32,000 nt of DNA, from contig NZ_FMXQ01000004.1 in assembly GCF_900104485.1 (NCBI RefSeq), positions 355,898 to 387,897 of the forward strand, read 5' to 3'. Position numbers and translations under genes: made by a program. Source of the DNA: Bauldia litoralis. GTDB lineage: Bacteria > Pseudomonadota > Alphaproteobacteria > Rhizobiales > Kaistiaceae. The notes under the pieces are model-generated. The model ran no database searches. It saw only the letters and a program-made list of their open reading frames with translations, and was not told the origin of the DNA. The number at the start of each line of letters is the position of its first letter. Positions within the stretch are counted from its first letter, which is position 1. Below are positions 1-5,520 of the stretch, piece after piece.

Positions 1-2
1 CG

Positions 3-1217
3 ATGCGCATTCCGTTCATCAACGGTCGTCCGACGGCGACGCCGGAGGAGACCAAGGCTTCGGCGACCGCCGGGCTGATCGCCTTCCAGACTCATGGCGC
101 GCCGGCCTGGACGCCGCGCGACTATGCGGCGCTGGCCCGCGAGGGCTATGCGAAGAACGCCATCGTCTACCGCTGCGTGCGGATGATCGCCGAGGCGGCG
201 GCCTCCGCGCCGTGGCTGCTCTATGAAGGGGCGGCCGAACTCGACGATCATCCGCTGCTGGCGCTGCTCGCCCGCCCCAACCGCCGCCAGGCCGGGCGCG
301 ACTTTCGCGAGACGCTGTTCGGCCACCTGCTGGTTTCCGGCAACGCCTATGTCGAGGCGGTCGTCGCGGAGCCCGACGGCTTTGGCGATGCCGGGGGGGC
401 GCCGCGCGAACTACACGCGCTGCGGCCGGACCGGATGAAGGTGGTGCCGGGGCCGGACGGCTGGCCGGTCGCCTTCGAATACACGGTCGGCGGACGGACG
501 GTGCGCTTCGCCGATCCGGGCGAGGGGCGGCTTTCGCCGGTCCTCCATCTGGCGCAGTTCCACCCGCTCAACGACCACTACGGTTTCGCGCCGATCGAGG
601 CGGCGGCGGTGGCGCTCGACATCCACAATGCGGCGGGGGCCTGGAACAAGGCGCTGCTCGACAACGCGGCCCGGCCCTCCGGCGCGCTGGTCTACCGGAC
701 CAGGGAAGGCGGCAACTTGTCGGCCGACCAGTATGAGCGGCTGAAGGCGGAACTCGAGACCGGTTTCTCCGGCGCCCGCAACGCCGGCCGGCCGCTGCTG
801 CTCGAGGGCGGACTCGACTGGAAGGCGCTGTCCCTGACGCCGAAGGACATGGACTTCCTCGCCGCCAAGAACGGCGCGGCGCGGGAGATCGCGCTGGCCT
901 TCGGCGTGCCGCCGATGCTGCTCGGCATTCCCGGCGACAACACCTATGCCAACTACAGGCAAGCCAACCTTGCCTTCTGGCGCCAGACCGTGCTGCCGCT
1001 CTGCGGCCGTCTGGCCGAGGCGCTGACCGCGTGGCTGGCGCCGGCCTATGGCGACGGGCTGCGCCTGTGGTTCGACGCCGACCAGATCGAGGCGCTGGCG
1101 AGCGAGCGCGAGGCGCTGTGGGGCCGGGTCGCGGCGGCGGACTTCCTGACCGTCAACGAGAAGCGCGCCGCGGTCGGCTATGGGCCGGTCGAGGACGGCG
1201 AGGGGATGGGCCGATAG
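3..1217 (+). CDS. Phage/GTA portal protein, HK97 family (RcGTA g3-like)
   Basis: 404-aa ORF. N-terminal KASATAGLIAF...APAWTPRDY and the FGVPPMLLG...NTYANYRQAN block resemble HK97-family portals. It is the first gene of a canonical head-tail order. ATG 3 is 2 nt from the window edge, so the true start could lie upstream. Confidence 0.9.
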   Translation: MRIPFINGRPTATPEETKASATAGLIAFQTHGAPAWTPRDYAALAREGYAKNAIVYRCVRMIAEAAASAPWLLYEGAAELDDHPLLALLARPNRRQAGRDFRETLFGHLLVSGNAYVEAVVAEPDGFGDAGGAPRELHALRPDRMKVVPGPDGWPVAFEYTVGGRTVRFADPGEGRLSPVLHLAQFHPLNDHYGFAPIEAAAVALDIHNAAGAWNKALLDNAARPSGALVYRTREGGNLSADQYERLKAELETGFSGARNAGRPLLLEGGLDWKALSLTPKDMDFLAAKNGAAREIALAFGVPPMLLGIPGDNTYANYRQANLAFWRQTVLPLCGRLAEALTAWLAPAYGDGLRLWFDADQIEALASEREALWGRVAAADFLTVNEKRAAVGYGPVEDGEGMGR

Positions 1218-1285
1218 CGCGAGCCTTGCCGGTCGGCGACGATGCCGAATGCCTGAACCGACGGAATGGAATCAGAGGGCAGCCC

Positions 1286-1474
1286 GTGGACGATGTGACT
1301 CAGGTTTTCGCCCAGCGCGGCGACCTCGCGCACCTGGCGCTGTTTCTCTGGGCGAGCGGGGCGAGCGGGCTGCTGGTCTGGACGCTGCGCGAACTGGCGG
1401 CCTCGAACCGCCGCTTCAACGACTTCGTCAACGAGATCTCGCGGTTGAATCGGTTCTTCAACGAGCGCGACTAA
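1286..1474 (+). CDS. Small hydrophobic protein in the g3.5 position of GTA clusters
   Basis: In-frame GTG 1286 lies 6 nt after AGAGGG. The 62-aa product (VDDVTQVFAQRGDLAHLALFLWASGASGLLVWTL...) has one predicted TM helix. It sits between portal and protease, as g3.5 does in RcGTA. The longer track ORF from 1031 overlaps the portal and is not credible. Confidence 0.45.
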   Translation: MDDVTQVFAQRGDLAHLALFLWASGASGLLVWTLRELAASNRRFNDFVNEISRLNRFFNERD

Positions 1475-1548
1475 GCGACTCGTCCTGCTTGCATTCTGCG
1501 CGCGGGGCGCGCCGGCGGGCCTGGCGCGAACCACCAAGGAGACGACCC

Positions 1549-1686
1549 ATGCGACGCATGCTGTCCCTGATCGGGGCGGGCGGCGGCCGGGACCACCGCG
1601 CCGTCTTCCACACCTTCGCCGAGGGCCTGGCGCGGGTCATCCGGCCGACCCGCACGACCGCGCGGGTGCGGGCGGTCGAGGGGTAG
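1549..1686 (+). CDS. Hypothetical 45-aa protein
   Basis: ATG 1549 lies 7 nt downstream of a consensus AAGGAG (1536-1541). No recognisable family. It lies in a gap otherwise filled with repeats. Confidence 0.3.
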   Translation: MRRMLSLIGAGGGRDHRAVFHTFAEGLARVIRPTRTTARVRAVEG

Positions 1687-1812
1687 GGCTGTCTGCTCTT
1701 CCTCCCCCAGGAATGGGGTGCCTGGCTCCTGCCTGATCCGGGGCCGGGGTGACGTCGCCAGGCGACGACGGCGGCGAGTCTCTCGCAGAATTGGCGCAGG
1801 CGCTCCCACCGC

Positions 1813-1970
1813 TATCCCTCCCCGAACCGGGGAGGGTGGCTGCGCGCGGCGAAGCCGTGCGCAGACGGGTGGGGTTCGTCCCAAACCGGCATTGCTCTTG
1901 CCGCGACGCGGAACCCCACCCACCACCGCTTCGCGGCGGTCCCCCCTCCCCGGTTCGGGGAGGGATCGCC
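1813..1970. repeat. Inverted pair of ~60-bp palindromic intergenic elements (family 1, core CCCTCCCCG-N3-CGGGGAGGG)
   Basis: Hairpin cores at 1816-1836 and 1944-1964. Copy 1912-1970 is the reverse complement of the 1813-1877 type. 55 nt of it (GAACCCCACCCACCACCGCTTCGCGGCGGTCCCCCCTCCCCGGTTCGGGGAGGGA) recur identically at 12853-12907. Confidence 0.85.
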
Positions 1971-2063
1971 ATGGCAGCGTCGCGATCAATCCTGACGCGG
2001 TCGCGCCTTTGCCGCGAGGCCGCAAGCCGGCAGCACCGACTTTCGTATCCAGGAGAAAGCCCC

Positions 2064-2588
2064 GTGACCGCAACCGAACGGAAATTCGCGCCGGCCGACC
2101 TCGCCGTCGAGGCCGACGGTACCTTTTCCGGCTATGCCAGCCTGTTCGGCAAGGCCGACCTCGGGCGCGACGTCGTGCTGCCCGGCGCCTTCCGCGCTTC
2201 GCTGGCGCGGCGCGGGCCGGCCGGCGTCAGGATGCTGTTCCAGCACGATCCCAACACGCCGATAGGCGTCTGGAAGACGATCGCCGAGGACGGCCGCGGC
2301 CTGCATGTCGCAGGGCAGCTCGCCGCCGGGGTGGCGAAGGCGCGGGAGGTGCTCGCCCTGATGCGGGCCGGGGCGCTGGACGGGTTGTCGATCGGCTACC
2401 GGACGGTGCGCGGCCGCACCGACGCCAAGACCGGCATCCGCAGCCTGATCGAGGTCGACCTGTGGGAGATCTCGGTGGTGACCTTCCCGATGCTGCCCGA
2501 GGCGCGGGTCGAGGCGGTGAAGAGCGACGACCGCGCCGCGCTGCTCGACGCGATACGCCGGGCAACGGTGGCGATGCGGGCGGGGTAG
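2064..2588 (+). CDS. HK97-family prohead (maturation) protease, RcGTA g4-like
   Basis: GTG 2064 follows AGGAGA (2051-2056). The 174-aa product has FSGYASLFG..D..RDVV.PGAF and MLFQHD..PIGVW motifs of HK97 prohead proteases. The upstream part of track ORF 1749.. only translates repeat elements. Confidence 0.9.
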   Translation: MTATERKFAPADLAVEADGTFSGYASLFGKADLGRDVVLPGAFRASLARRGPAGVRMLFQHDPNTPIGVWKTIAEDGRGLHVAGQLAAGVAKAREVLALMRAGALDGLSIGYRTVRGRTDAKTGIRSLIEVDLWEISVVTFPMLPEARVEAVKSDDRAALLDAIRRATVAMRAG

Positions 2589-2595
2589 GGGCGGC

Positions 2596-3273
2596 ATGAC
2601 AGAGGCGAGGACCGCCGAACGGATCGCGCTGATCGCCGCGATCCGCGCGGCGACGGCCGCGATGCTGCCCGACACAGCGGCGACACGGTTCCACAAGGCG
2701 ATGGACCGGCTCGGCCGCCTGCTGGCCGAGCGCGACCTCGAGCGGCGGTACAATCCGGACTGGGCGTCGCAACCGCGTGTCCCGAGCGGCAATCCCGGCG
2801 GTGGTCGATGGACGGATGGTGGTCCGTCGATCATCGGAGAGGAACTTAACCCGTCAGCGTTCGAGGAGCAGGTTTCGGACGAACCGATTGGCGAAGAGCC
2901 TCCAGGCGTTCCGACCGTGCGGCCGGAGAAGGCACGTCGACGCAACAGATACGTGAAAGAGATCGCCCGGTGGCTCCTGCGGGGCACGCGGGTCGGTGTT
3001 CGTCTTTCGCCAATCGGTCGGGCCTTGGACATATACGAGGCGGGGCTCTGGATTCACGACCATTGGTCCTTCATCGAGGCATACCAAGACGAGCCAAAGT
3101 CTCTGGGAGAACTACGTGCGGCTGCCTCTCAGCGGAGAAAGGGATACGATATCCATCATATTGTCGAACGAGCGTCGGCCCTTGAGGATGATTTCCCTTT
3201 GTCGCGAGTCGATGGCGCGGAGAACCTAGTGAGTATTCCGACTTTGAAGCATTGGGAACTCAATCGTTGGTAA
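2596..3273 (+). CDS. Modular protein with C-terminal HH...N...H (HNH/EndoVII AHH/GHH-like) domain; putative nuclease toxin, truncated by an in-frame TAA (frame continues to 3396)
   Basis: ATG 2596 is 8 nt after the protease stop. The N-terminal ~75 aa are host-like in GC, followed by a Gly/Pro junction RVPSGNPGGGRWTDGG and then a low-GC C-terminal part. Signature residues are DIHHIV (HH codons 3154-3159), AENLVSIP (Asn 3223-3225) and KHW (His 3250-3252). TAA at 3271-3273 is followed by 40 more open codons ending at TGA 3394-3396. Confidence 0.55.
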   Translation: MTEARTAERIALIAAIRAATAAMLPDTAATRFHKAMDRLGRLLAERDLERRYNPDWASQPRVPSGNPGGGRWTDGGPSIIGEELNPSAFEEQVSDEPIGEEPPGVPTVRPEKARRRNRYVKEIARWLLRGTRVGVRLSPIGRALDIYEAGLWIHDHWSFIEAYQDEPKSLGELRAAASQRRKGYDIHHIVERASALEDDFPLSRVDGAENLVSIPTLKHWELNRW

Positions 3274-3392
3274 GAAATGAAAAACCCAAACTTCGGCTGG
3301 CTGACGCCAAGGCAATATGCCCGGGGGAAGGATTGGCCCACGCGCCTTAGACTAGGACTGGATGGGCTGAGAGACATAGGAGTCCTTGAGCG

Positions 3393-3764
3393 ATGAGTGG
3401 GGCTAGTCTCGACAGGAGATCGATCGAGGAACTCGTCGACCGCTACGCCGCGACGGGTGTGGCGCAAGACGAGGCCGAACTCAATGACGACATCGGCAAA
3501 TACAACCGCCTCGTCGACGACATCATCGCCGTGGAAGCGGAGCTGAAATCGCGAGCTGGCGATCAGCGCACGGCACTAATGAAGCTGTACGACCACCCCA
3601 ACATGCAGGTCCGCCTAAATGCTGCGCACGCCACGCTTGCGGTCGCACCCGAGGCGGCCCGGGCGCTGCTGATGACCATCCGGGAGTCGCGGTGGATGCC
3701 TCAGGCCATGCAGGCCGGGATGTCCCTGCGGAACCTGGAGAACGGCGTCTATCGGCCGGATTGA
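3393..3764 (+). CDS. DUF2019-like all-helical small protein; candidate immunity/antitoxin partner
   Basis: 123-aa ORF. LYDHPNMQVRLNAAHATLAVAPEAARALL and PQAMQAGMSLRNLENGVYRPD match my memory of DUF2019 proteins (HEAT-like helices). ATG 3393-3395 overlaps TGA 3394-3396 of the extended upstream frame (ATGA junction). GC is lower than the flanks. Confidence 0.7.
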   Translation: MSGASLDRRSIEELVDRYAATGVAQDEAELNDDIGKYNRLVDDIIAVEAELKSRAGDQRTALMKLYDHPNMQVRLNAAHATLAVAPEAARALLMTIRESRWMPQAMQAGMSLRNLENGVYRPD

Positions 3765-3790
3765 GTGATCGAGGGTTTTCGAATTGGGTG

Positions 3791-4155
3791 GGGCGCTCGA
3801 CGGGTTGTCGATCGGCTACCGGACGGTGCGCGGCCGCACCGACGCCAAGACCGGCATCCGCAGCCTGATCGAGGTCGACCTGTGGGAGATCTCGGTGGTG
3901 ACCTTCCCGATGCTGCCCGAGGCGCGGATAGAGGCGGTGAAGAGCGGCGACCGCGCCGCGCTGCTCTCCGCGATCCGGCCGGAGACGGCGGGGATGCGGG
4001 TGGGCTAGGGGCGGCGGCATGACAGAGCGAGGACGCCGAACGGTCCGCGCTTATCGCCGCGATCCGCACGGTGACATGCGCGCATCCCGACCCTGAAGCA
4101 CTGGGAGCTTAACAGCTGGTATGAAAGGCGGAATGGAGACTATGACTGGCTGACG
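3791..4155 (+). pseudogene. Degenerate second cassette: duplicated protease 3' end plus frameshifted 5' end and 3' end of a sister toxin-like gene
   Basis: 3791-4070 aligns to 2371-2650 at an offset of 1420. 2379-2507 equals 3799-3927, with 129 of 129 identical. Identity then falls to about 83% (2521-2580), and indels follow the ATG (4019). 4093-4155 encodes LKHWELNSWYERRNGDYDWLTP, homologous to 3244-3310 of the intact copy. The middle of the gene is deleted. Confidence 0.85.
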
Positions 4156-4185
4156 CCTCTGCTGGCGCGCCCGAAGATCGGATTG

Positions 4186-4698
4186 TCACTTGGCAGGATG
4201 CTCGCGAGGCTGCTGCTCGCGCTCTTGCCGCAGCTCTTCCGTCACTTTGTCCGCCAGTCGCCACAGAACGCGGGCGAGACTTTCTGCAAGATCTATATAC
4301 GGGGCGATTATTTCGGGACTAAGAGGCGTGGCTTTGCCGTCAAAACGGTGCTTCCCTCGGAAGGTGACCACCTCAAAATTTCCATCTTTGTTGGTGCCTA
4401 TCACGCCATGCGCGAGGTCGTTGCGGAATGCCACAAGCCGGCCCGCTTCATTGGTGAGTTTCAAGGTGTCGGCGTATGCTTCCTTCGTCCAGTGCTTCTT
4501 GGCGAACGCATCAAGTAGTTCGAGTTTCGATCTCGCCTGCATGCCGCTGAGGACCACTTGCGCCTGAAAGCCGGATAGTGCCAGAGCGGCGGCGACGGCA
4601 GTATTGAGTGCCAGGTCGAAGCCTGAGAAGTTCAGAAACAGCGCGCCGACTTGATGGGCCATCGCAATCTTGATTTTTGGATCTGGTTCCTTGGGCAT
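4186..4698 (-). CDS. HEPN-motif protein (Rx4H: R-N-D-L-A-H-G), putative RNase toxin / abortive-infection-type effector
   Basis: 170-aa ORF on the minus strand, predicted all-helical. FRNDLAHG is encoded at 4408-4425 (reverse complement CGC AAC GAC CTC GCG CAT) and fits the canonical R-N-x-x-x-H HEPN active-site motif. GC is about 53-58%. No obvious MNT or antitoxin partner is adjacent. Confidence 0.6.
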   Translation of the reverse strand: MPKEPDPKIKIAMAHQVGALFLNFSGFDLALNTAVAAALALSGFQAQVVLSGMQARSKLELLDAFAKKHWTKEAYADTLKLTNEAGRLVAFRNDLAHGVIGTNKDGNFEVVTFRGKHRFDGKATPLSPEIIAPYIDLAESLARVLWRLADKVTEELRQEREQQPREHPAK

Positions 4699-4872
4699 GA
4701 CAAAGAAGCCTCAAAAAGATGACCTAGCCGAAGGGCGACGCATTGCCGAGCGCATGCATCAAGATGCCGCCCGACCCGCACCCCGGTAAGAACTCGTTAA
4801 CCAAAGGCAAGGTACCGAAGAAAGGCGACGACCGGGTTGAGGCCGGCCGCCGCCCCAAGAAGAAGTAGTTAC

Positions 4873-4983
4873 CTACTTCCTCTTAATGGTCTCGACGACA
4901 TGTGTGTTGGGTTTCCCCGTTGCCGTCTTGACCGTGGTGAAGCGACCGGTGACGGCGCTTCTCCCGATTTTGCTGGTGGCCAT
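4873..4983 (-). CDS. 36-aa basic mini-protein MATSKIGRSAVTGRFTTVKTATGKPNTHVVETIKRK
   Basis: Below the ORF-track length cut-off. ATG (reverse complement of CAT 4981-4983) lies 7 nt after a consensus AAGGAG (reverse complement of CTCCTT 4991-4996). The S-x-x-T/S-G-R-F-V/T pattern resembles a widespread family of tiny bacterial proteins of unknown function. It has the same orientation as the HEPN gene, 174 nt upstream of it. Confidence 0.45.
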   Translation of the reverse strand: MATSKIGRSAVTGRFTTVKTATGKPNTHVVETIKRK

Positions 4984-5197
4984 TGGATTACTCCTTTGTC
5001 ACCCGAGCGGATGGACCGCTCGCCCTGAGACGCCCCGTGCGCCTCCAGCCGTCAAGGGCGCGGGCGAACGCGAATCAGATCGCAGGTTGAGTATACCAAG
5101 TCAGGGCTTCTGGCGGTTGCGCCAGCGCATGAAGTGACGGGCCTTCTGGCGAAGTGTCTTAGGCTCCACCAATCCGCCGACAATTAGGAATAAATTC

Positions 5198-5228
5198 CTT
5201 GACAGCGTGACGCTGGTCTGGCAATCTT
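5198..5228 (+). promoter_or_regulatory. Sigma-70-like promoter candidate (CTTGACA-N17/18-CAATCT) with an AT-rich upstream tract
   Basis: CTTGAC at 5198-5203 matches the alphaproteobacterial -35 consensus. It is preceded by CAATTAGGAATAAATTC. The -10 (CAATCT 5222-5227) is weak. Confidence 0.3.
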
Positions 5229-5233
5229 TGGCT

Positions 5234-5326
5234 ATGGTCAGAGAGGTGCGGGTGCGGGGCCTACGCCTGACGATCGAACCCAAGTGATTCTGGAAATGCG
5301 GTCGGGTTTTGCCCGGCCGTTTTTTT
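5234..5326 (+). ncRNA. Candidate ~90-nt small RNA or leader bounded by the promoter-like site and an intrinsic terminator
   Basis: The predicted start is ~5233-5236 and the end is the T-run at 5326. There is no ORF with an SD inside. GTCAG (5237-5241) can pair with CTGAC (5266-5270). No match to any RNA family I recognise. Confidence 0.25.
5299..5326 (+). terminator. Rho-independent terminator
   Basis: CGGTCGGG (5299-5306), loop TTTTG, CCCGGCCG (5312-5319). This is an 8-bp stem with one G-U pair, followed by T7 (5320-5326). Confidence 0.6.
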
Positions 5327-5396
5327 GGCGGAGCGTGGGAGCGCGCCCTCCGTCGCCGCTTCGCGGCGCCACCCCCGATCAGGTCGAGGGCAGGCT

Positions 5397-5417
5397 CTCC
5401 CCCGCTTCGCAGGGGAG
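5397..5417. repeat. Palindromic element, family 3 (CTCCCC-CGCTTCGCA-GGGGAG)
   Basis: The reverse complement recurs at 11317-11341 (TCCTCCCCTGCGAAGCGGGGGAGGA). Confidence 0.6.
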
Positions 5418-5520
5418 GAGCCAGGAGGCGCCGTCGCGCATGCCAGGCCGGCGCACGGTCGCACCGCGGACCCGGCACCGCGAATACGAAAACATGACAC
5501 CACGAGAAAGGAACCACCGC

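Larger units (their letters stand above)
2596..5520. other. Low-GC accessory islet inserted between GTA protease and capsid genes
   Basis: g4 and g5 are adjacent in RcGTA-type clusters but are 2.9 kb apart here. Hand GC counts per 60-nt line are 42% (3241-3300), 53% (4321-4380) and 58% (4381-4440), against 70% (6001-6060). It contains the only minus-strand genes in the first 19 kb. Confidence 0.75.

Noticed and set aside
3784-4008. 74-aa ORF that could be called a small gene.
   Set aside because: It is the duplicated C-terminal fragment of the prohead protease (GALDGLSIGYRTVRGRTD...) and lacks the catalytic N-terminal two thirds. It is treated as part of the pseudogene remnant.
4183-4518. 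+ strand ORFs (111 aa, and 4190-4567, 125 aa) overlapping the HEPN gene region.
   Set aside because: They are antisense shadows of the 4186-4698(-) gene. The frame is merely the open continuation of the remnant toxin 3' end, with no start context. The minus-strand product has a coherent helical sequence and the RNDLAH motif.
5262-5285. GATCGAACCC resembling a tRNA T-arm, considered as a tRNA-fragment integration target for the islet.
   Set aside because: No acceptor or anticodon arms and no CCA-proximal structure can be drawn. No cloverleaf-compatible complementarity is visible.
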